Of a stretch of 64,000 nt of DNA, positions 10,350 through 21,649 are shown one piece after another. The stretch comes from Leucoraja erinacea (taxonomy: Eukaryota): assembly GCF_028641065.1 (NCBI RefSeq), contig NC_073377.1, forward strand, positions 57,660,001-57,724,000, read 5' to 3'. Position 1 is the stretch's first letter; every line of letters starts with the position of its first letter. The notes under the pieces were generated by a model. That model was given only the letters and a program-made list of their open reading frames with translations, had not been told where the DNA came from and searched no databases. The translations under genes were made by a program, and so were the position numbers.

Positions 10350-12590
10350 ATCTAACAGCCTTGAGTCCTGGTCAATGTACGGAATCTTTGTGAGGAAACT
10401 TTGTTAGCTGCCAAGGAGTCATCGGTAGAGCTGTGTTGCCTAAAGATTCCATGCTGGGATCACCTTGTCTGCTGGACAATGTGACAAAGGGAAAATCCGC
10501 AGTGGACGGGTGTGTACGGGATAGAAGTGTGCTGAAGATAAAAATTGAGGTTCGCTGTTGGTGAAATACTCAAAAAGTAGGTGCAGAAAAAAGATTTGAA
10601 AGAAGGAAACGTGCTGAAGAGGTGTACAAGTTTTTGTAGGGTGTTCTTGTACGACCTTGAAAGACCGGTGAACATAAATACAATATTGCACAAAGATAAG
10701 GCAAAATTATAATAATTTTGGAATGACATTTATCTTCCATTTTGATTACAATATGCAGACTGAAACATTTGAATGACAAGGAACCATTAGAATTAGTTTA
10801 AGATATGTCCTGGAATTCAGTATGAATACTCTCTTGAACTTCTACATGTGTATGGTAGAGAGCACGTTGACTAATTGCATCACAGCCTAGTTCAGAAATT
10901 TGAACATACTGAAAATGTACCCAACAACTCACTTCCACCATTCAAATCTTTTATTCAGAAATGCAGCATGGAAAGAACCCTTCAGCCCACCAACTCATGG
11001 AGACCATCGATCACCCGTCCACATTAGTTCTATGTAATTCCACTTCCTTATCAATTCCCTACACAATGAGTCTTCAGGGGTGAGGGCAATTTACAGAGGC
11101 AATTAACCTACAAACCTGCACGTCTTTAGGATGTGGGGAGAAACCGGAGCACCAGGAGGAAACCCATGTGGTTACAGGGAGAATGTACAAACTACATATG
11201 ATTGTAATTGAAATTGGGTCTCTGGTGAGGCAGCAGCTCTACCTGTTGTGTCATTGTGCTGCCCTTGACGTAATGCTCAATAATATTACCTTGTAGTCCA
11301 GAATTTCCCAAACATGCCTATCTAAGCATGCTTTCAGTATTTGTGCAAAACCTATCCTTACTGCACTCTAAATGCCTCTTGATCTTTCTAAACTATATTT
11401 CCTGAGTAATTATGAGTTAGGTATTCCATTGTTCTCTTGTCAGTAACTGATGCACAGTTCTACCTTTTTTTTAATAGCAGATTTAGATATTCTCATGCAG
11501 CAAGATAAAATAAAATGCGAGACTGTTGGGAGACATTTGAGACATGATGATTTTAACCAAGGAAATGGATCATTTCCAGATTTCTTGGTTGATATTCTCT
11601 CAATAGAAAACAGAGTGCTTCTAAACGACAGGCAACAAATTCTATTGTCGCCAAAGGCAATGTCATTCTATACATCTGCAAAAATAAAAAAAATGTGCCC
11701 TCGCTCTGTAATTTAAATTTCATAACATATCTCGAATTATATATGAACAGTTAAGCTGCATATTGTAGACAGATGTTAATTGTAAAAGGCATGATATACT
11801 CATTTTGAATGTGGTTTAAATCTATCGGTAATTTCCATCTCAGATTCAATACCCAGATTGCCTGACCACTTGCAAACAAGACTGCTGCCTGAAAACATGG
11901 CATCAGTATACAGAAGCTGCAATTAGTTGAGTGACAAAGAAAGTTCAAATAAATGGAGCCTTCATCCAGACAGTAAAAGCACACTTAAATGGGCATTGTC
12001 AAGAATTTCTGGACTGCACCGCAATAGTTCCTGCACATTAACTCAGATCATTTCAAAACTGTTGAAAATGGAGACAACCAACTTACTGTGAGTGTACAAA
12101 ATAAGTACGTTTTTCAGCTAGGAGCAACCAAATTGATTTGGCTTTGAAGGCAACTAGTTAATATTTGAACTGTAGCATATAGAGAAAATAGATTACTAGA
12201 AACATCATACACTGTATGATAGCAATTGAGAGTTGTAACTGAGCCAGATTTCAGTGCATTTTGAAGTGTGAAAACAATTGCCTGGTGAAATTTGGAGAAA
12301 TGTCATTTTGACAGATTTCTATTTCAGCTCAGCTACACCTTCCACAATTACACTGACATCACTCACCTCCACCTCACTATCACCTGGATTTGCCAGCCCT
12401 GCAAATTGATCTGTTATGCTACCTGCCCAATGTCCAGGACAGAGTGAACAGAATTTTTTCGAAAAATTATATGTTACAAAGACCAAAGACACTAGATGTG
12501 GCTGATTGTGCTGTGATCGAGATACAAACACCACAAACAGAGGAAGAAAGGAAGTTTGATCAAGAATGTGTCAATAATTTACTGACAAAC
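10350..12590 (+). mobile_element. Very old Gypsy pol fossil (RT thumb to integrase), interrupted by SINE and Rex pieces
   Basis: Read across frameshifts and stops: MLG-HLVSAG (about 10450), CTSFCRVFLYDLERPVNINTILHKDKAKL..FWND (about 10620-10730), QQDKIKCETVG..LSIENRVLLNDRQQILL (11495-11650), RF..IA*PLANKTAA (about 11840-11890), LHPDS..TLKWALS (about 11960-12000). The order matches Gypsy pol. Confidence 0.55.
10960..11266 (-). mobile_element. V-SINE (HE1-like)
   Basis: aattaacctacaaacctgcacgtcttt..ggagaaaccggagcacc..gggagaatgtacaaact is the reverse V-domain. Confidence 0.8.
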
Positions 12591-13280
12591 TAGACTAACA
12601 GGGACCTGTTGGGTCTACTTCACACTGGAGGCCTGATCTGCCAATGCAACCCATTCCTCCAACGCAATATTTAATCACTTACCCATTCCCCCAATGCAAC
12701 CCATTCCCACAACGCAATATTGCACCACTCATGCATAGCCCCCAACTGCGCATGCACGGCTCAGTTCATTTCATCCCCAGCACTCCCTCCCCTCCTCTTC
12801 TCCATTCCCTCTTCTTTCCCCTCTCCTCCTCCCCTCCCCAATCCCTCCCTCATCTCTCCCTATCCCTCCTTTCCCCTACCCTTAGTCACAGTCCCTTCCC
12901 CCTACCTCCATAACTCCTCTCCCTTCCCTACCCCCCTCCTATCCCTCTATCCCCCACCCCTCACCTCCACCTATCCTCCCCACTATCCCTCCTGACCTCC
13001 CCCACTGTTCTCCTCTCACTCCATTCCCCACTCCTTACCTCCCACACTCCCTCCATCCTCTCCCTCTATTCCCCCTCCTCCCCCCCACTCGCCTCACCTC
13101 CCCTACTTTCCCATTCTCCCTCCCTGCCCCTTTCTCTCCCTCAATCCCCCCACTCTCCCTCCTCACCTTCCCGGGATATTTCCCTCCTCCTCCTCCCCTC
13201 CCACAATCCCTCCCTCACCTCTCCCTCCCTTTCCTTTCCCCTACTCTCAGTCACTCCCTCCCTCCTTCCCTCCATCCATA
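12590..13280 (-). mobile_element. Non-autonomous Helitron-like element, 3' terminus
   Basis: Plus strand reads A|CTAGactaacaGGGACCtgttGGGTCT, so the minus strand has a GC hairpin about 11 nt from a CTAG|T end. Shares sequence with 8255-8360; C/T low-complexity tract at 12790-13280. Confidence 0.6.
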
Positions 13281-13359
13281 AAAAGCAGCATCTGCAGATC
13301 CTTCCTCCACAGATCATTCATTGTTAGCTGTGGTTTAGATCCCATTGACTTGACGATTG

Positions 13360-13929
13360 GTAGACAAAAGTGCTGGAGAAACTCAGCGGGTGCGGCAGCT
13401 ACTATGGAGCGAAGGAAATATGCAACGTTTTGGGCTGAAACCCTTCTGCAGACTGATGTAGGGTGGGGGGCAGTGGAAGCCGGGAGAAGAAAGGAGAAAG
13501 GAAGAGGAGGAGCCAGAAGGCTGAGGGAGAGCTGAGAAGGGGAGGAGACAGCAAGGGCTACCGGAAATTGGAAAAGTTAATGTTCATGCTGCCAGGTTGC
13601 AAGCTGCCCGAGCGGAATATGAGGTGCTGCTCCTAATATCCTCGGAAGGCAGACGGGGGGGGGGGGGGGGGGGGGGGGGGAGATGTGTCGAGTGGTGGGG
13701 TCACGCTGGCAGTGGCAAAAATGACGGAGGACTATTTGTTGTATGTGACGGCTAGTGGGGTGAAAGGTGAGGACTAGGGGGACTCTGCCCTTATTATGAC
13801 TGGGGGGATGGGGAGGGAGAGCAGTGTTACGGGGTATTGAAGAGACCCTGATGAGAGCCTCATCTATAGTAGGGGAGGGGAACCCCTGTTCCCTGAAGAA
13901 TGAGGACATTTCCGATGCATTGGTGTGGA
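13360..13929 (-). mobile_element. Penelope-like element, inverted 3' segment with pLTR
   Basis: HTNASEMSSFFREQGFPSPTIDEAL..NKGRVPLVLTFHP is the reverse-complement counterpart of 18845-19826; pLTR at 13360-13460. Confidence 0.9.
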
Positions 13930-14079
13930 GAACAGAATGCCCGGAGATGACGGAAAATGTGTGAAGTGTCTTGAACATAGGTAGGGAGGGATTTACCTGG
14001 CCTACCTGGGGGCAGCGACAGCGGCCGGGCCTCTGGCACAAAGACCGGTCCTGTTGCTCAGAAGGGTAAGGAAAAGAAG

Positions 14080-14863
14080 AGGAGGGCAATTGTAATAGGG
14101 GACTCTATAGTCAGGGTGTCGGATAGGCGATTCTGTGAATGCAGACAGGAGACTCGGATGGTAGTTTGCCTCCCTGGTGCCAGGGTCAGGGATGTGTCTG
14201 AGCGTGTCCAAGACATCCTGAAATGGGAGGGAGAGGAGCCTGAGGTTGGGGTACATATAGGTACCAACGACATAGGTAAAAAAAGAGAAGAGATCCTGAA
14301 AGAAGAATTTAGGGAGTTAGGTAGAGAGTTAACTTGAAGTAGAGAGTTTTTTCACACAGAGAGTGGTGAATCTCTGGAACTCTCTGGCACAGAGGGTAGT
14401 CGAGGCCAGTTCATTGGCTATATTTAAGAGGGAGTTAGATGTGGCCCTTGTGGCTAAGGGGATCAGAGGGTATGGAGAGAAGGCAGGTACGGGATACTCA
14501 GTTGGATGATCAGCCATGATCATATTGAATGGCGGTGCAGGCTCGAAGCGCCGAATGGCCTACTCCTGCACCTAATTTCTATGTTTCTATGTTTCTATGT
14601 TAAGGAGAAGGACTGCAAAGGTAACAATCTCAGGATTACAGCCTGTGCCACGCGACAGTGAGAGTAGGAATGGAGCGAGGTGGAGGATAAATGAGTGGAT
14701 GAGGGACTGGTGCAGTGGGTGTGGATTCAAGTTTCTGGATCATTGGGACCTCTTTTGGGGAAGATGCGACCTGCACAGAAAGGACGGGTTGCACTTGAAC
14801 TTGAGGAGGACCAATATCCTGATGGGGAGATTTGCAAAGGCTACTGGGGAGACTTTAAACTAG
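14080..14863 (+). pseudogene. CR1 ORF1 SGNH/GDSL-esterase domain, interrupted
   Basis: ORFs 14116-14337 and 14597-14863 rejoin (RELGREL|RRRTAKV) once the nested insert is removed. Confidence 0.9.
14334..14598 (+). mobile_element. HER1/CR1 3' tail nested in ORF1
   Basis: FTQRVVNLWNSL-coding end and (TTCTATGT)n tail; GTTAA on both sides. Confidence 0.9.
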
Positions 14864-17800
14864 TATGGTTGGGGGGAGGGACTCAAATAGGGAAAGCTAG
14901 TAGTCAGTGTGTGAGGCAGGAGGCAGAGAATGGTAGCACTCTGACCCAAAATGTAGGGGAGAGAGAAGAAAAGGACAATAAACAGAGAATAAGAGAGGGT
15001 GGGTTTCTTAAATGTTCATATTTTAATGCTAGGAGCATTGTAAGAAAGGTGGATGAACTTAGAGCCTGGATTGACACCTGGAAGTATGATGTTGTGGCAA
15101 TCAGTGAAACATGGTTGCAGGAGGGCTGTGATTGGAAACTAATAATTCCAGGATTTCGTTGCTTCAGGTGTGATAGAATTGGAAGGGCAAGAGGTGGAGG
15201 TGTTGCATTGCTTATCAGGGAAGATATTACAGCAGTGCTTTGGCAGGATATATTAGAGGGTTCATCTAGGGAGGCTATTTGGGTGTAACTGAGAAATGGG
15301 AAAGGGGTAGCAACACTTATAGGGCTGTATTATAGACCACCAAATGGGGAGCGAGAATTGGAAGAGCAAATATGTAAGGAGATTGCAGATATTAGTAGTA
15401 AGCACAAGGTAGTGATTGTGGGAGATTTCAATTTTCCACACATAGACTGGGAAACACATTCTGTAAATGGGCTGGATGGGTTGGAGTTTGTAAAATGTGT
15501 GCAGGATAGTTTTTTGCAGCAATACATAGAAATACCTACTAGAGAAGGGGCGGTGCTGGACCTCCTGTTAGGAAATGAGACAGGTCAGGTGGCAGAGGTA
15601 TGCGTTGGGGAACAGTTCGGGACCAGTGATCACAATACCATTAGTTTCAATATAATTATGGAGAGGGTCAGAACTGGACCTAGGGTTGTGATTTTTGATT
15701 GGAGAAAGGCTAACTTTGAGGAGATGCAAAATGATTTAAAAGGAGTAAATTGGGACAGTTTGTTTTATAGGAAAGATGTGGAAGAGAAATGGAGGACATT
15801 TAAAGGTGAAATTTAAAGAGTACAGAATCTTCATGTCCCTGTTCGGTTGAAAGGAAATAGTAATAATTGGAAAGAGCCATGGTTTTCAAGGGAAATTGGA
15901 CACTTGGTTCGGGAAAAGAGAGAGATCTACAATAATTATAGGTAGCATGGAGTAAATGAGGTGCATGAGGAGTATAAAGAATGTAAAAAGAATCTTAAGA
16001 AAGAAATTAGAAAAGCTAAAAGAAGATATGAGGTTGCTTTGGCAAGTAAGGTGAAAGTAAATCCAAAGGGTTTCTACAGCTATATTAATAGCAAAAGGAT
16101 AACGAGGGATAAAATTGGTCCATTAGAGAGTCAGAGTGGACAGCTATCTGCAGAGCCAAAAGAGATGGGGGAGATATTGAACAATTTATTTTCTTCGGTA
16201 TTCACCAAGGAGAAGGATATTAAATTATGTGAGGTAAGGGAAACAAGTAGAGAAACTATTAGATTCAAAGAAGAGGAAGTACTGACACTTTTGAGAAATA
16301 TAAAAGTGGATAAGTCTCCAGGTCCGGACAGGATATTCCCTAGGACATTGAGGGAAGTTAGTGTAGAAATAGCAGGGGCTATGACAGAAATATTTGCAAA
16401 TGTCATTAGAAACGGGAATAGTGCCGGAGGATTGGCGTACTGCGCATGTTGTTCCATTGTTTAAAAAGGGGTTTAAGAGTAAACCTAGCAATTATAGACC
16501 TGTTAGTTTGATGTCAGTGGTGGGCAAATTAATGGAAAGGGTACTTAGAGATAATATATATAAGCATCTGGATAAACAGGGTCTGATTAGGAACAGTCAA
16601 CATGGATTTGTGCCTGGAAGGTCATGTTTGAATAATCTTCTTGAATTTTTTGAAGAGGTTACTCGGGAAATTGATGAGGGTAAAGCAGTGGATGTTGTAT
16701 ATATGGACTTCAGTAAGGCCTTTGACAAGGTTCCTCATGGAAGGTTGCTTAAGAAGATTCAATTGTTGGGTATTAATAGTGGAGTAGCAAGATGGATTCA
16801 ACAGTGGCTGAATGGGAGATGCCAGAGAGTAATGGTGGATGTTTTTTTGTCAGGTTGGAGGCCAGTGACTAGTGGGGTGCCACAAGGATCTGTGTTGGGT
16901 CCACTGTTGTTTGTCATGTACATCAATGATCTGGAAGATGGGGTGGTAAATTGGATTAGTAAGTATGCAGATGATACTAAGATAGGTGAGGTTGTGGGTA
17001 ATGAAGTAGATTTTCAAAGTCTACAGAGAGATTTATGCTAGTTGGAAGAGTGGGCTGAAAGATGGCAGATGGAGTTTAATGCTAATAAGTGCGAAGTGCT
17101 GCATCTTGGCAGGACAAATCAAAATAGGACATACAGGGTAAACGGTAGGGAATTGAAGAATGCAGTTGAACAGAGGGATCTGGGAATAACTGTGCACAGT
17201 TCCCTGAAAGTGGAATCTCATGTAGATAGGGTGGTAAAGAAAGCTTTTGGTGGGCTGGCCTTTTTAAATCAGAGCATTGAGTATAGAAGTTGGGATGTAA
17301 TGTTAAAATTGTACAAGGCATTGGTGAGGCCAATTCTGCAGTATGGTGTACAATTTTGGTTGCCTAATTATAGGAAGGATGTCAACAAAATAGAGAGAGT
17401 ACAGAGGAGATTTACTAGAATGTTGCCTGGGTTTCAGCAACTAAGTTACAGAGAAAGGTTGAACAAGTTAGGGCTTTATTCTTTGGAGCGCAGAAGGTTA
17501 GGGGGGGACTTGATAGAGATCTTTAAAATGATGAGAGGGGTACACAGAGTTGATGTGGATAAGCTTTTCCCACTGAGAGTAGGGAAGATTCAAACAAGGG
17601 GACATGACTTGAGAATTAAGGAACAGAAGTTTAGGGGTAACATGAGGGGAACTTCTTTACTCAGAGAGTGGTGGCTGTGTGGAATGAGCTTCCAGTGAAT
17701 GTGGTGGAGGCAGGTTCGATTTTATCATTTAAAAATAAATTGGATAGTTATATGGACGGGAAAGGAATGGAGGGTTATGGTCTGAGCGTAGGTATATGGG

Positions 17801-17892
17801 ACTAGGGGAGAATACGTGTTCGGCACGGACTAGAAGGGTCGAGATGGCCTGTTTCCGTGCTGTAATTTTTATATGGTTATATGGTTATATGG

Positions 17893-18185
17893 ATGGAGTC
17901 GAGGTATGTGGAAATAAGTTTGGTGGGGCATGAACAGGCAGAGACAATGGGTCCGCCAGAGCAGTCAGGTTTGTGGATTTTGGGGAGAAGATAAAATCAG
18001 TCCGTGCTGGGTTGGGGAACGATGAGGTTGGAGGCTTGAGGGGGCAGGGAGCCGGTGTGGATGGTCAGTGATGGTGTTAGAGATACTAGCCTGCTGCTCG
18101 TCTGTGGGGTCATGGTCCAGGGATAAGTAGGAGGAGATGTCCGAGAGTTGGTGTGTGGCCTCGGCTTTATAGAGATCAACTCGCC
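17893..18185 (-). mobile_element. Penelope RT N-terminal segment, inverted
   Basis: DLYKAEATHQLSDISSY..LDHDPT, then PKIHKPDCSGGPIVSACSCPTKLISTYLDSI. Confidence 0.88.
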
Positions 18186-19826
18186 TCAGACACTCTGCAT
18201 CGACTCCGGGCATTCCGTTCTCTATTCCCCCATCCCGTCATCTTCACCATGGATGTCCAGTCACTCTATACCTCCATCCCCCCACTAGGAGGGTCTCAAA
18301 GCCCTCCGTTTCTTCCTCGACCGGAGTATCAACGAATCGTTGTCTACAGATACGCTACTTCGCCTAGCAGAGTTGGTCCTTTCCCTTAATAACTTTTTAT
18401 TTGACTCCTCCCATTGCTTCCAAATACAAGGCATAGCTATGGGCACGCACATGGGCCCCAGCTATGCCTGCCTCTTTGTAGGGTACATCGAAAAATCCTT
18501 GTTTGAGACGTACCAGGGCCCCATCCCCGACCTCTACCTCCGCTACATCAACGATTGCATTGGTGCCATCTCCTGCAACCACACACAACTCACTGACTGC
18601 ATCCGCTTCACAACTAACTTTCATCTGGCACTCAAATACACCTGGACCATTTCTGACACTTCCCTACCATTTCTTGACCTCACTATCTCCATCGCAGGTG
18701 ATAGACATCTGACCGACATCCACTATAAACCCACTGACTCCCATGGCTATCTAGACTACACTTCCCATCCTGCTTCCTGTAAGGACTCCATCCCCTACTC
18801 CCGATTCCTCCGTCTACGCCGCATCTGCTCCCAGGATGAGGTGTTCCACACCAGGGCATCGGAAATGTCCTCATTCTTCAGGGAACGGGGGTTCCCCTCC
18901 CCTACTATAGATGAGGTTCTCACCAGGGTCTCTTCCATACCCCGTAACACTGCTCTCTCTCCCCATCCCCCCACTCGTAACAAGGGCAGAGCACCTTACT
19001 CCTCACCTTTCACCCCACTAGCCGTCACATACAATAAATAATCCTCTGTCATTTTCGCCACCTCCAACGTGACCCCACCACTCGCCACATCTTCCCATCT
19101 CCCCCCCACCCCGTCTGCTTTCTGCAAAGACCACTCCTCCGTAACTCCCTGGTTAATTCTTCCCTTCCCTCCTGCACCACCAAAGGGCATTTTCCCTTGC
19201 GACCGCAAGAGATGCTACACTTGTCGCTGTACCTCCCCCCCTCGATCCATTCAAGGACCCAAGCAGTCGTTCCGGGTGCGACAGAGGTTCACATGCACCT
19301 CCTCCAACTTCATCTATTGCATCCGCTGCTCTAGATGTCAGCTGATCTACATCGGTGAGACCAAGCGTAGGCTTGGCGATCGTTTTGCCGAACACCTCCG
19401 CTCGGTTCGCATTAACCAACCTGATCTCTCTGTGGCTCAGCACCTCAACGCCCCCTCCCATTCCGAATCCAACCTTTCTGTCCTGGGCCTCCTCCTTTTT
19501 CAAGGAGCACCACCGGAAATTGGAGGAGCAGCACCTCATATTCCGCTTGGGCAGTTTGCACCCTAGCAGCATAAACATTGACTTCTCCAATTTCCGGTAA
19601 CCCTTGCTGTCTCCTCCCCTTCTCACCTCTCCCTCAGCCATTTTGCTCATCATCCTCTTCCTTTCTCCTTTCTTCTCCCTGCCCCCCCCCCCACATCAGT
19701 CTGAAGAAGGGTTTTGGCCCGAATGTTGCCTATTTCATTTGCTCCATTGATGCTGCCTCACCCGCTGAGTTTCTCTAGCACTTTTGTCTACCTTCATTTT
19801 CCAGCATCTGCAGTTCCTTCTTAAAC
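18186..19826 (+). mobile_element. Penelope-like element: RT core, GIY-YIG endonuclease and pLTR
   Basis: FTMDVQSLYTSIP, GIAMGTHMGPSYA, LRYINDC, LPFLDL, YKPTDSH and IYCIRC..YIGETKRRLGDRFAEH. pLTR with CTGAAGA at 19701. Confidence 0.95.
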
Positions 19827-19832
19827 GACTTG

Positions 19833-20027
19833 NNNNNNNNNNNNNNNNNNNNNNNNNNNNNNNNNNNNNNNNNNNNNNNNNNNNNNNNNNNNNNNNNNNN
19901 NNNNNNNNNNNNNNNNNNNNNNNNNNNNNNNNNNNNNNNNNNNNNNNNNNNNNNNNNNNNNNNNNNNNNNNNNNNNNNNNNNNNNNNNNNNNNNNNNNNN
20001 NNNNNNNNNNNNNNNNNNNNNNNNNNN
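19833..20027. other. Assembly gap (N run)
   Basis: Run of N characters. Confidence 1.
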
Positions 20028-20804
20028 ACTACTCGGCCACCTTGCAACCCAACTCTCCCTCCCTCCCTCTGCCCACTCTGGCTCAGCTGCCTGTTGGCCC
20101 ATCCCCGTCCAGTCCGACCGCCCGCTGCTGCCGCTTGGCCCCTCACTATCCTGCCTGCCCGTTGCTGCTGCTCGCCCCGTCCCCACGCTGTCCATCCGCC
20201 TACCTGCCTGCTTGCTCGCTGCCGCACCATGAGTTTTGATGAGAATGCCATGAGGGTGAATTACTACAACAGCAGCAGCGGAGGAGACAGACCCAGGGGG
20301 GACTGGTAGAAAGGACTGACATTGCCACAGAGGGTGGGCAGGGGAGAGGTGTGAGTAATGAGGGAGATAGAGACAGGACCAGGACGTCCACTGGGCCTCC
20401 ACAGAACACCCCCAGCAGCCCAGCGGGGGGGAAGGGGGGGTGACGATAGACTACTTATTATGAGGAGGGTAGAGAGGAGTTTGTGAGTGAGGTGGGACAG
20501 GCTGCTGCTGGTGGGGCAGGAAGGGGCATTGCCATCCAGGCTGTGGCATTGACTGACAGGAGAAGAGACCAATCTGCGTGGCGCTGACTGAAGGAATCTG
20601 CACACTCGCGGTTTTTAAGATTTTTAAACTTCGATAAGTTTTGCAATAAACCACCAATCGGAACGATCCTTGTTGCACTCGCAGCACAGAGAATGGTGAG
20701 TAACCTGGCAAAAAATTGTTGCGCTATCGTGGATCATTTTTGCACAAATAGAAAAACCCCGCAAACCAGAAGAGCACAAGATCAGAGATTTAGTTACGTA
20801 GAGA
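20028..20804 (-). mobile_element. Probable Helitron-like non-autonomous element, 5' part (second family)
   Basis: The minus strand begins A|TCTCTACGTAACTAAATCTC, similar to the 9254 terminus, next to a GATA-like microsatellite. GC-rich interior runs into the gap. Confidence 0.45.
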
Positions 20805-20884
20805 TAGAAGAAAGAAGATAGATGCATAGAAAGATAGATGTTTTGGGGATTGAAGGATGTAGATAGCAGACTTTGCAACCAGAG

Positions 20885-21594
20885 TTGGGTGTCCTTGTAC
20901 ACCAGTCACTGATAGTAAGCATGCAGATATAGCAGGCAATGAAGAAATCAAATGGCATTTTGATCTTCATAGCAAGAGGATTTGAGTAGAGGAGGAAGGA
21001 GGTCCTACTGCAGTTGTACAAGGCCCTGGTGTGACAGCACCTGGAGTATTGTGTGCAGTTTTGATTTCCTAATTTGAGGAAGGACATTCTTTCTATTGAG
21101 AGAGTGCACCATAGGTTCACCAGGTTAATTCCCGGGATGACGGGACTGACATATGATGAAAAAATGGATCGACTGGGCTTATATTCACTGGAATTTAGAA
21201 GGATGAGAGGATATCTTATAGCATCATATCAAATTCTTAAGGGATTGGTCAAGCTAGATGAAGGAAAAATGTTCTCGATGTTGGAGGATTGCAGAACCAG
21301 GGGTTACAGTTTAAGAATAAGGCGTAGGCCATTTAGAACTGAGATGAGGAAAAACGTTTTCTACCCAGAGAGTTGTGAATCTGTGGAATTATCTGCCATA
21401 GAAGGCACTGGAGGCCAATTCACTGGAATTATTCAAGAGAGATTTAGCTCTCAGCACTGACGACGGAATCAAGGGATAAGGGGGAAAAGCAGGAACAGGG
21501 TACTGATTCTGAATAATCAGTCGTGATCTTACTGAATGGTGATGCTGGCTTGAAGGACCGAATGACCTACTCCTGCACCTACTTTCTATGTTTC
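20885..21594 (+). mobile_element. CR1/HER1 3' fragment
   Basis: RKDILSIERVHHRFTRLIPGM..RLGLYSLEFRRMRG; tttctatgtttct tail. Confidence 0.9.
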
Positions 21595-21649
21595 TAAACA
21601 CAGTATAAAATAAAAATGATAACATTAAACAAAACCGAGCCTTGCAGGT

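Larger units (their letters stand above)
13965..17892 (+). mobile_element. Near-full-length CR1 LINE, inactivated
   Basis: ORF1 SGNH esterase (IVIGDSIV, HIGTND, DGLHLN). ORF2 APE (FNARSI, SETWL, VGDFNFP, SDHN) and RT (DFSKAFDKV, GVPQGSVLGP, YADDTK). (TATGGTTA)n tail. Stops at 15288, 15816 and 17041; frameshift near 16394. Confidence 0.97.

Noticed and set aside
11450-11716. Possible host exon after a pyrimidine-rich AG
   Set aside because: No good donor, and the peptide fits the Gypsy linker motif in collinear order with other pol remnants.
19775-20402. ORFs of 150-190 aa
   Set aside because: They span the N gap and are artefacts.
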